DNA from: Lama guanicoe
Taxonomy: Eukaryota
Direction of reading: 5' to 3'
NCBI GenBank assembly: GCA_013239625.1
Contig: MU056000.1
Coordinates: 806,001-870,000, forward strand
DNA: 64,000 bases
Position 1 is the first letter of the stretch. Each line of letters starts with the position of its first letter. The position numbers and the translations under genes were made by a program. The notes under the pieces are model-generated. The model searched no databases. It was not told the origin of the DNA and saw only the letters and a list, made by a program, of their open reading frames with translations. Positions 22,480-33,454 of the stretch are shown one piece after another.

Positions 22480-22970
22480 GTGGGGGTTCCCTCCCAGCAG
22501 GATGGGGGCTCGTGCTCTGGGGGGGGGCTTACCCACTCCCAGTTGGGGGGGCTCACTCACTCCCAGCGGGGGGGNNNNNNNNNNNNNNNNNNNNNNNNNN
22601 NNNNNNNNNNNNNNNNNNNNNNNNNNNNNNNNNNNNNNNNNNNNNNNNNNNNNNNNNNNNNNNNNNNNNNNNNNNNNNNNNNNNNNNNNNNNNNNNNNNN
22701 NNNNNNNNNNNNNNNNNNNNNNNNNNNNNNNNNNNNNNNNNNNNNNNNNNNNNNNNNNNNNNNNNNNNNNNNNNNNNNNNNNNNNNNNNNNNNNNNNNNN
22801 NNNNNNNNNNNNNNNNNNNNNNNNNNNNNNNNNNNNNNNNNNNNNNNNNNNNNNNNNNNNNNNNNNNNNNNNNNNNNNNNNNNNNNNNNNNNNNNNNNNN
22901 NNNNNNNNNNNNNNNNNNNNNNNNNNNNNNNNTCACTTACTCCCAGCGGGGGGGCGGGGGGCTCACTCAC
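22480..22970. repeat. G/C-rich minisatellite (unit ~GGGGGCTCACTCACTCCCAGCGG) spanning assembly gap N22575-22932, abutting the exon 3 donor
   Basis: Units gggggctcactcactcccagcggggg, ggggcttacccactcccag and tcacttactcccagcgggg on both sides of the gap. Confidence 0.85.
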
Positions 22971-23185
22971 TTCCCCATATCGGGATGTCTCTGCTCTCCG
23001 CCTTCATCACGATAGAGGACATTGTCATGGTGACGGGGATGGCATCGAAGTAGGAGGAGTGTGGTGCCAGGGTGAGGATGGCGGCCTCGGAGGGCAGTGC
23101 CTGCCGCCCCTTCACAGCCACGTGGTGGAAGCCGCCGGCGAACCACATGGTGCGCATGATGGCCCTGAGCAGAACGTCCACGACC
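22971..23185 (-). CDS. LPCAT1: LPCAT1 exon 3 (VVDVLLRAIMRTMWFAGGF...APHSSYFDAIP...DIPIWG; catalytic HxxxxD motif)
   Basis: Acceptor TTGCAG|G, donor GAA|GTGAGT; 215 nt, phase 2 to 1; acyltransferase motif I HSSYFD. Confidence 0.97.
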
Positions 23186-24149
23186 CTGCAACAGAAGCGC
23201 CACGTCACAGCCAGGCTGGCAGCAGACGCACCCTGATCCCCACAGCCCGGCAGGGGCCACGCCGACTCGAGGAGAACCGGGCCGGGGCCCACCCATCCGG
23301 CGCGTGGTCCAGGCCAGCCGGACCCGCCGGCGCGGTCACCGAAGCGTCCCGAGCAGGGAAGGAGAGGAGCTGCACGCTCTTCCCTCTGGCTGTTTAAACA
23401 TGCCTGGGACGACTCTCTCAGTCAGTCAAGGAAACTGAAGCTGGCTCTGCCACGTGGCACCCACCACAGCTCGGACACGGCAGGGACCCTGAGGCAAAGA
23501 GCGGGGCCCACAGCCAGATCAGAGAGATGAGACTGTCAAGGGACTGATCAGCATTCTAAGCGTCTAAGTTTTCAACAGAAAATCATCATTAACACCTAAA
23601 ACACATATCGGGACGTGGAGAGGCAGTTGGCGGGGGTCAGGAGCAGAGACCTGTGGGCGAAACTCCCCAACCTCAGTTCCCACGGGCAGCCTGACGTCCC
23701 CGGATGCAGGCGCGATGCTGTCTCCTGCCACGTGGCCCTGCGTGTGCAGCCACCTCGTGCCCCTGTGGTTGGGGCCCATCCACAACAGGCCCAGAGCAGC
23801 CCGCTATTGCCCAGGGTGATGCAGGCAACGGCGGGAAAGCCACCAACATGAGGGAGAGTGGCCTGTGGGGGCCAAGAGGAGGGCGGCAGGGCTGGCCTCC
23901 ACCACCTGGCCTTCCTGCGTCATTCTGGCAAAAGTGAGAGAACTCACCCCGTCCCCAGCGAGCGCCCACAACCAGCCCTGCCCAGCTGAGGTTTGTCACC
24001 CTCTAGTGAGGGAAGTAAGAATTTTTAAAAATTAGTGAATTATGGACACTAAGTTAAAAAGAGACATTGTCCATGAAAAGGTGAAACAGGAAGGAGAGAG
24101 AGGTGAGGAGGATCAGAACAGAGAGGAGCCGGCTCAGGATGAAGTTGTG

Positions 24150-24800
24150 GGGCAGGGCTGAGGCTGCGCACTCTAGGTGGGGCTCATGCCACAGGGAGGA
24201 CAGCCATGCAAAGGCCCTGAGGCAGGGGCACCCTCAGTGGGGACAGAGTGGGGAGGAGGACAGCGGGAGGGGCGGCACGTCTTGGGGGCCTGGTGGGTGC
24301 TGAAAGGCGCTGGGGATGCGGATGTGGGCGCCCCCGCAGGGCTGAGCACGGAGGGGAGCTGTGCCCCGAAGCAGGTGTGCAGGAAGCAGGAGGGCAGCTG
24401 GCAGGCTGTTCCGGGAACTCAGGTGAGTGACAATGGGGGGTGGGCAGAGCGGAGGGATCAAGGGCCTTCTGAGGGCAGTACAGGTGGGAGGCGTGAGGTG
24501 GGGGGTCCCAGTGAGGAGGGTGGAGGAGTGGCTGTAGCTAGAACAGGCAGGGACATGGGAGCCAGCTGTCCAGTTCAGATGCATTGAGCTGAGGTCACCC
24601 ACAGACAGACAAGCTCGGGGTTTGGCGGGAGGAGAGCTGCTGGCTCATGGACGGTGGTCGGTGTCCCAGACCTGGACGAGCTCACCAGGAGAGCACAGGA
24701 TACACGAAGTTGGGGCCGGGGGGAGGGAGAAGCAGAGTGATGGGGAGAGGTCCAGATGGGGAGAGGTCCAGGAGCCCCCGACACCTCGCCTGGGGCACAA
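24150..24800 (-). mobile_element. Probable LINE-2 remnant
   Basis: gacagccatgcaaaggccctgaggcagg and ccagttcagatgcattgagctgaggtcaccc resemble L2 consensus segments as I recall them. Confidence 0.45.
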
Positions 24801-25324
24801 CTGCGGAGGCCTGGGCCCCCGACCAGGCAGGTGTGTGAGCCATGCAGCCCGGGCCCGGCCCACCTGGGACTTTAAGACACAGCAGAGAACACAGACCTGC
24901 ACGTTTCAAATGGTTTTGCTCTGAAAGGGTGCTCACAGATGGGGCAGGAGCTGGCACTGGGAGGGGTGTGGGCTGGCCTGTGTGCTGGTGGGACCCCCAA
25001 CCACCGACATCGGAGAGGGGCCTGGGCCTGTCCTGGAGCAGCGAGGAGCCCGGTGGTCAGTGCCGGGACAGGCCGGCCAGGAGCAGGGGTGGTCCTGGCT
25101 GCAGGCAGGAGGTGATGCTGGGCTGCGGGGCTTCCCGGGGGCAGTTCCAAGCTGAGACACCGGGGAGTGGGGGGTGGGGAGGGCATCCCAGGAGAGCAGA
25201 GAAAAGCAAAAAGCAAGTCCAAGTTCGGGCTGCAGCCTCCTGTGTCCACGCGGCATCCTAGGGTCGCCAAGGAGACAGACTCAGATCTGGGGGTGGGAGC
25301 CCCACACGGCCACTCGGGCAAGCA

Positions 25325-25625
25325 TCCCCCCAGGTTCCTATGTTGAAGCCCTAAGCCCCCAACCCCCGCTGTGTGACTAGATTTGGTAAAAAGGTCCAGT
25401 GAGGTCCTGGGGAGGGGCTCTGGTCCGACAGGACCGCTGCCCTTAAAAAAGAGAAAGAGGATGGATAAGAAGGTGGGTCTGCAGCCGGGAGGAGGTGTCA
25501 CCAGGAGCCGCGTCTGCCGGCACCTTGATCTCTGACTTCCAGCCTCTAAAACCCTGAGAAATGAATCCCTGCAGTTTGAGCCCCCCACCTGTGGGACGTG
25601 GCCGTCACACCGTCCTCCCAGACTG
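25325..25625 (+). mobile_element. MaLR (MLT1A-like) LTR fragment
   Basis: tatgttgaagccctaa...ctgccggcaccttgatctctgacttccagcctctaaaaccctgagaaatgaatccctgcagtttgagcc. Confidence 0.75.
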
Positions 25626-26174
25626 CGAGCTGGCCGAGGGCAGTGCCCACGGGAGCAGCCTGCCTGGCTCAGGGGTCAGCCTGCTGGCCGGGTTTTGTAA
25701 GAAGATGCTGCGGTTTTTACAACACTTTGTGTTTTGAAACATACAGCAAGTGTCTTTTATGAAATTGTGTCATTCCTCCTCTCACTGAAAACCTAAGATA
25801 TATTTTTGGAAAGTCTGAATGACGCTTACATGCAGCAAAAAGCCTCCCCAGTGCAGCACCAATCTACTCAAAACCGCACCGCTGTGCGCGGTGCGAAACA
25901 AGGCGCCCCCAGCTGCCGGCACGGTGCCTCCACCCCGGACCCTGTTACTTCAAGCCGGTCTCCTCCCAGCCCCCTGGGGCTCGAGCCCAGCCGCTGCTGT
26001 CTCCGCGTCTCCTCTGAGGAGCTCAGCGCCCGGTGTCTGTGCTCATCTCCCCGGAGACCTGACCCGGCCCAGGGCCGCACTCTGAGCTCTCGATGAACAC
26101 TGCTGTGTGGGCACCCCGAGGGCTGCGCCAGGCGGCGGGGACTCAGCGTGCGCGACGTATGCAGCTGGGGTCCA

Positions 26175-26600
26175 CACCAGTACACGTGCACCCACGTGCA
26201 TACACACATGCTTCCATGCACACGTACACAGACGTGCACATACACTCGAATGCATTATGCACACACACGTACTCAAACCCAAGTGCACATACAAAAGATG
26301 CAGTCAGCCCCCACGGACCTGAACGGCCAGAGTTCCCGAGAAACTTACAAAACCCCCGCACCTCCCTGCGCAGGGCCCGCCAGGTGTGCACGTCACACAC
26401 ACGGGCATAACACACACATGCTCACGGGCGTGTCAAACACATCACGTGTGCACACCACACACATCACACACACGGGCACACACACACTTGCTCACGGGCA
26501 CATCACACACACGTCATGCGTGCACATCACACGTGCATGCGGGCGTGTCACGTGCCACATGTGCACACCACACACTCACACACATGCACCTCACAGGCAC
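26175..26600. repeat. CA-rich low-complexity purine-pyrimidine alternating tract (cacacgtgcat-type)
   Basis: Two blocks of degenerate (CA)n/(CACGTG) repeats visible directly. Confidence 0.8.
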
Positions 26601-28225
26601 CTGTGAAGTGGGCTGCAGCCACCCAACAGCTTGGCCGCTTCATTGCCCGATGAGACCGAGCACATCATATCACAGACAGGAAAAGCCACGGGAGCCAGCA
26701 GAGGACGTGGAAATTGCCCTTCTCATCCGTTTTGAAAAGACAGACCCTGCGGTGTGAGGACCCCCTCTGCGGGGCACAGGAGGGCAGGAGCCCAGCCCAA
26801 GAGCAGAACAGAGGGAACGGGGAGTCAGGTCACCTGTGAGCTGTCACGACCACAAAGTCTCGGCTTTCAAGCCATGGGTTCTCAACCCAGTGAAACTGAA
26901 ATTCTGATTCTTATTTGGTCTAGATTTATTTTGTTTGATTATATATTTGATACGAAAATCATATTTTAGTTAAAACATACAAGAAACACCTCGAGGTAAA
27001 GCATGATTTCCAAAGAGCTTAGGAACCCAGCCCCCTCCCTCCCGGTCCCTCTCTCTCTCACTCACTGACGCATTCATGGTTTTGGAAGAGGGCTTCCTGC
27101 CCCCAGGCCAGGCTCCGCGCTGTGGACACATGGGGAGACGGTCTCGGGGCCTTCGGGCTTCCGGGGAGGAGCAGAGACCGAGGTTCACTTGAAACTGGGG
27201 AAGGTCTGAGAACATGAGGCACATTGGGACGGTGAGGGGCCCCAGGCTGTGCCCCGCTCAGTGATGGCTCAGCAAACCCCTGAACCTCAACCGGCCGTCT
27301 TCAGCCTGCACGTGGCTGACCGTGGCCCGCGGGCGGCGGAGAACCAACGTCCCACAGAGATGCCGTTTCCACAGCCTCTCGGGGCACCAACGCTCCTGCG
27401 CTCAGACACTGGAGAGGAAGGAGGGCCGAGCTGGTCCCTGTGCCGTGAAGGGCCGGGGCCAGGAGCTCAGGCTTTGCTGGCCCGAGGGCTCGGCCACACA
27501 GCCCGCGATGGGGGCGGGGGGCTGCGTCCCCATCAGGCTCCACTTGACAACACAGGCGGCAGCTGGCCTTGGCCTGCGGCCCTCCTGCCACACCCCCGCA
27601 CCCGCACGAAACTAACATTTCTGTTCCAAATGAACCCTTCGCCCCGTGACTGACCAGAGACGCGGACGGGGGCGGCCGCCAGCGCCTGGCCTTCGCAGGA
27701 CAGGTGTCCTCCAAGACGCTCACTCACCGAAATCCTTACAGCTGCTCAACCTTCCCTTACTGAGGGCAGATACTGCGAGTTAAAACCAGCGTTAGGTGTT
27801 CAAGTACACGAGAAGGCGCTGTGACCTAACTTAGTATTTCGAGGTCCCTGTCGGGTCTGCAGTGAAGACGTGCCCACAGCCCGCCCCCCGCAGGCGGCGG
27901 CTTATTCACGTTCCCTGTGTAAAAGAGAGCAATGCCTAGGTCTGTGGACCGGGGCGGGGGGACGTCGACCTGCAGAGGCCAGGCCGGGGCCAGCGGGCGG
28001 GACAGACGTCGGCCGACGCGCAGCCCTGTGCAGGGTACCACGGAGACACGGGGGACCTCTGCGCTCGGACACGCGGCTCGCAGAACCTGGAAGGAGCCCC
28101 AGGCAGGACTGCGGCAGGGATGTGGCGGGGACCCTGGTGCCGGGCGGGGAAGATGCACTGGCCCGCGGAGGGCTGGCTCTGCGACGCCGGCCCTCGATCG
28201 GAGCCCCCACAGGCAGGCGACTTAC

Positions 28226-28368
28226 TTCCTCCACGAGGCCAGGGGCTGTTCCGGTTCCCTCTCAGCGGATCCCAGCGAGGCCACGAGCGCCAAGGGCCAG
28301 GCCAGCAGCATCATGCAGGCGGCAAACAGCAGGCGGACGGGGAAGAGCGTCAGTGTCATGATGGTGAC
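28226..28368 (-). CDS. LPCAT1: LPCAT1 exon 2 (VTIMTLTLFPVRLLFAACMMLLAWPLALVASLGSAEREPEQPLASWRK; hydrophobic membrane anchor)
   Basis: Acceptor CCCCAG|GTC, donor AA|GTAAGT; 143 nt, phase 0 to 2. Confidence 0.96.
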
Positions 28369-31300
28369 CTGGGGAGACAGGCCGTGTCACTGCGGAAGCG
28401 GCGTCCTCTGGGCCCCCTGGGCCGGCCCGCCCTGCCCGAGCCGCTGACCTCCCTCCCATGGACAGCAGGGTGGGGCCAGCTCTGGACATCCCGCTCGGGG
28501 TCCCCGGCCACGCTGCTGCCCCACCGGCCCGCTGCCTCCTGCAGACACCCTGGGGGGCGGCACGGGAAGGGGGGGCTCTCTCCCAGTGGACAGCGCTTGC
28601 CCACTCCCGGCGCCCCCACCAGGCAGCCCCCTCTCCAGGCCCAGCACAGCCTCCTTGCTCCTCTGAGCCCCCCCCCCGTAGTGCCCCGCCCCCACAGGAG
28701 GGGGCTTTCAGGGCACTGAGTGGCCATCTGTGAAGCGTCGAAGTAGCAGGTACAGCGTTGGCAAGACTGGACCGTGGACAAGGGAGACTGGGGGTTCAGG
28801 GACTTTCCAGCCACAGGACAGGACAGGAGCCCAGCAGAGAGGGAGGTATTGAAGGCCAAGGGTCTGGTCAGGAGGACGGGGGGTGGGGGAGATGCACTGG
28901 GGATCAGTGGGGAAGGGCAGGTCCTGCAGGTTGCGGGGGAGGGAGCCACAAGTGCTGGGCGGTGGAGCACACACGGTTCAGCAGAGTGGCCGAGTCGGGG
29001 GAGGCCCGGCTGGACGGCAGCTATAACTCAGCTCGTCGGTGCAAAGTGACATCTGATTCCGCATGGGGGGCAGGGGGGCGCCGGGGAAGGTGGGGGCGGG
29101 GTGGGTGCTCCAGAACAAAGTGTTTTGTGATGAACCCAGTCTCAGGGGGTCAGCTAGAAATGGGGCAGCAGAGGGGTGACAAGACGTGAAACTCACCGAG
29201 CGCTGTGACCAGTAGACGCAGCTCTCCACTACTGCAAGGAAAACACTCTCAGCACACGTAGGGCTTGGTGCGGGGGAGACAGCAAAGACAGGGGAAGAGG
29301 CCCAGGCCCACGGTGCCACATCGAGCTGCTCGAGGCCCCCGCCACCCCAGCTCACGCTGCTGGCCTCTGCACCGCAGGCCTGCACGCTGACCGCTCCCAC
29401 GGGCCTGCGAGATTCTCCAGGGTCCCCAGCGAGGCCAGCATGGCCCAACAGGAGCCCGACTCAGGCCACACGTGCAATTGCACATTTTCCAGCAGCCAAA
29501 TTTAAACCATAGAGGTGATGAAATGAACTCAGCACACCCGAAGCAGCGTCACTTCGGCACGTTCTCGGTACAAAAGTGCCGATGAGCTATTCCACGCTTC
29601 CCTCACAAAGCCCAGGAAGTCCCGTGTGTCTTCTCCATCCCTCACACACGCCCACATTTTGAATCCCCAGCAGCTGAGAGGGGGCCCTGGGCCCGGGTCT
29701 CCACGTGTTGCAACAACGGTGATTTTTGACCTCCCTCCTCTCTGAGAGCCGGCTGTCACCCTGGCCGAACCTGCAGTTTGAACACAGGGTGGAACAGGAT
29801 GGTGACCCCAGATCTGTGTGGTGGACCTGGTGGCCACGTTTCCCATTAAGTGGGGGGCTGCTCGAGGCTGTCAGAGGGCGTCCCTGCTGAGGGAAAACAC
29901 CCTCCACCCCTGGTTTCCTAAGGGTTTGGTCTTGCCTTCAGCACGAGCGGGGCCGAATGTTGCCACGTCTTCCCGTGACCCGCGGGGCCATCACACGCTT
30001 GTCTCCATGGCAGTCTCGGCTTTCCTGGCGTTACGACCTTGGTTGCTGGGCTGGGAAGCCACCTGCTATGACGTCTCTTTTACGGACTTGGGTCTGTTTG
30101 CTGCACGCGTCGGGGACAGTGGGCCTGGCCGTCACCCATCCTCGGGTGGGCCCCGCGGTCACAAGGCCAGACGCCAACACACGTCAGAGGAGGAGCTTCA
30201 ACAGAGCAGCGTTCTGATGGCTGCTCTGATGTCTCCTGACTGTTTATCTAGATTTCCTATTTTTCTTGAGTCACTTCAGAGTTTTCTCAGGGAGAACATT
30301 CTCTCCGGGTGTCCCCAGCCGGTGTCTCCTCCCCACCCGGCTTCCCGACACGCGTGTTTGCAGGATGACTGCCTGGAGCCGCTCCCGTGAGGTCATGTCG
30401 ACCCTGCCCTGACCCAGGGTGTCGCTGCAACACAGCTGCGCCTGCACTGCGGACGCGCTCCTCCTTTGTTCCTCCGTTTAGGGAACCGCGTCTGGACCCT
30501 CTCCTTGTCCCGCTGTGCCCTACGCAGTCATCTGAATTGCGGCTCTTGCAAGCACCTCTCTCGTCTGCTCTGCGTTCACTCTGGTGGTCTTTTTAACTTC
30601 TTGAGGGGAGAGCCTGGAGCATGATTTGCAGAAATACCTCATTTACCAAGACTCACGTTGAGAAAACAGCTTTCTCGAAGTAACATTCTAATCCAACTCC
30701 ACAAGCTTCAAACGTCGCCTTCCCTTCATCTTAAAATGTAGGTTGATCATTACCTCCTGCTCCTTCCTTCCCTGTCACTTCGCAGTTCTGCTCGGAGGGA
30801 AAAGAGGTGCCGTCGGCAGACACTCCACCCCGCTGGGCCCCGCTTCTCGGGCTCCCGGCTCCGGGGAGGCTGTGCTGGAAACCCACACACCTGCGACCCT
30901 GCACACCTGCTCGGCGTTTCAACCCACTGCTGCCGGCTTGTCCAAGTTCAGAGCAGTTCCGTCACCGGAGAGTTTCCTGCGTGTTCCCATAAGCAGACCC
31001 TGAAGCCGAGCCTGTGCCACAGACAAAATGGACCTGCGGCGAAGCGATGGCCCAGGCTCCGGGCGCCCACCACGCCCAGATCGCTCCCGGATGCTAGCGG
31101 ACCACCCCCTACCCTGCAGCCACATTCCATGACCAGGATGGCTGCCACCACAAACGACGGCATAGAACAGATGGTCCCAGGGGTTCCTGAGGCAGGAGCC
31201 TGCTTCCCGCGCCCCACCCCAGGCCTCTGAGAACCGAGACTGCAGAGGGCTCCTGGGGGCCCCGGGGAGGCAGCGCCCCACTCGGTCCCGACCAACAGGG

Positions 31301-33078
31301 AGGTGATGGCGAGTCTGGGGTGGGTGACCAGAGCCGGGGCAAGTACACTGCTCAACCTGCTGGTCCCATAGGCTGGTCAGCAGGTGGGGTGCACTAGGCC
31401 ACTGCACGTGGGACATCATGTGTGACCCCATGTGCACCTCGGGGGATGCATTCCTGCTCCCACTTGGTGTGCATCAGGGGAGAACACAGTCCTGGGTTCT
31501 GAGTTTCGCAGCAGGCAGGGAGAGGACGTGCGAGTGACCACAGAGCCTCTGACCCTCAGCAGACAGGCCCCCATGAGACGAGGAGGGCGTCGGTGGAGGC
31601 AGAACGTGGTCGGAGCCACACGCCTGTCGGTCGGCCCTGCTGGCCTGGGGGAGGGGGTGGGAGGCAGTGGTTCCAGCGCACGTGCCCTGAGGGCTGTGGA
31701 AGCTGCTTGGAGGGCCCGCACCTTCGGGACCCACAGGCTGCCAGAGGGACCGGCTTCCTGAAATGCCTCCTGAGACGCTGCCCACAGCCTTGGTCCTGCA
31801 CATCAGCATGAGCCTGGTCCCCTCGAAAGTGCCAGGTCAAACACAGGGAGGTCCCCGAGCCACACGAGGGTTTGTGACGCAATCCTATGGGCAGCGGCAT
31901 CCAGAGTCTCTGCTGAGCTGCTCAGTTTAAACGGTTAGGGGGTTGGCTGCGAATACTGCCCCGTCAGAGGGTCTGACACAAGTCACCAGGACATGCACGT
32001 CCCCAGCGCATCCGAGTCGTCGGGCAGCCAGTCAAACCAGGTCTGAGGGTGCACAGCCACCCTCCCCGGGCACGTTTCGTGACGGGTCCCCAGCAGAGCT
32101 GTCCAGGCTCGGGTCAGCATTTCCTGCCAAAGGGACCCAGGGCTCCTGAGTGAAGTGACTCCAGGTCCAGGTCGGGGTAAAAGTGTAGGAGGTGACCCTG
32201 GAACACTGGGACAGCCAAGGTCCCCGGGCTCAGGCCCCCACGCAGAGGGGGCGACTGGAACACGGACAAGAACAGTCCACGCGTGACGTGAACTTCACAC
32301 TGCACACCACCACGACCCCATGGCGGGCACACGCACACATCCACACGCGCACTCACGGGCACATGCCCCAGCCTCACCGCCGCCTTTGGATGGCCCTAGG
32401 AAACCAGCTCCTGGTTGCGGCACTGGCCGAGGGCACAACAGGTTTCACGCTGTCTGTCCTGTGAGACTGTCCCTCGGGGCAGCCAAGGGGTGGAGGGGCT
32501 GTGTCCGTAGACCTGCCCACGAGGGGCTGGCACAGGCTTCCAGAACCCGCCATCCAGGCACACTCAGGTGACAGAAGGTCCTGCCCAGACGCAGATCAGC
32601 AGGCCTGCATGGCCGTGCGTGTGGGGGCCACAGGACACCCAACAGAAATGGCATCTCTCCAGTTCTAGACCAAGCCACCAGCTTCCAGAAAGCACCGAAG
32701 CCTGGGACACAGTCAGCAGAAGGCAGACTGGGAGACACAGACGCCCCACACGCACCGCAAGGAAAACAGCCAAGACAGAGCTAGAAGGGGACCCTCTGAT
32801 CAGGACGTGCCTGGGGCACCTGCTCGCCGACCTGCCTCACACTGGACACCTTGAAGTGGGCAGCTGGCATCTTCAAGGCTGATGACGGCCGGTGCGGGGT
32901 GGCCACTGCCTCCTGCCTGGATGCAGGTGCACACGGGATGCTGTGGGTGAGACGCTGAGGTCTGGGCTTGGCTTCCGAATCACTGGTCGGGGGGTGTCGG
33001 GGGGCCCAGAGGGGCCCGAAGTGGGTGACTGCTGAAGCTGGGGGGGTGGGAGGCTCATTACATTTTTCTCTGCTTTGG

Positions 33079-33454
33079 TGTTAGGGGCTGAACTATGTCC
33101 CCCAAACTCATATGTTCAAGTCCTGACCCCCAGCACCTCGGAATGTGACTATTTTGGGAGGTGGAGTCTTCAAAGAAGAGATCAAGGTAAATGAGGCCAG
33201 TAGGGTGGCCCTAATCCCATGTGACTGGGGTCCCTCTGAGAAGAGATCAGGACACAGCCACGCACGGAGGGACGGCCGTGTGGGGGCACGGGGAGGAGAC
33301 GGGGTCTGCCCGCCAGGAGAGAAGCCTCGGGAGGAAGCGGCCCGTGACGCCCGGGTCTCCGCCTCCAGCCTCGAGGACCGGGAGGAAGCAGCTCTGTGGG
33401 GCCGCTCCCCGGCCCCGGCTGCGGCGCCTCCTCAGGGCCGCCCGAGCGAACGCG
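33079..33454 (+). mobile_element. MaLR (MLT1A-like) solo LTR
   Basis: TGTTAGGGGCTGAACTATGTCCCCCAAACTCATATGTTCAAGTCCTGACCCCCAGCACCTCGGAATGTGACT...AGGGTGGCCCTAATCC; near-TSD tttgg/tttgc. Confidence 0.8.

Noticed and set aside
22418-23397. ORFs spanning the N-run
   Set aside because: Artefacts of translating through an assembly gap.
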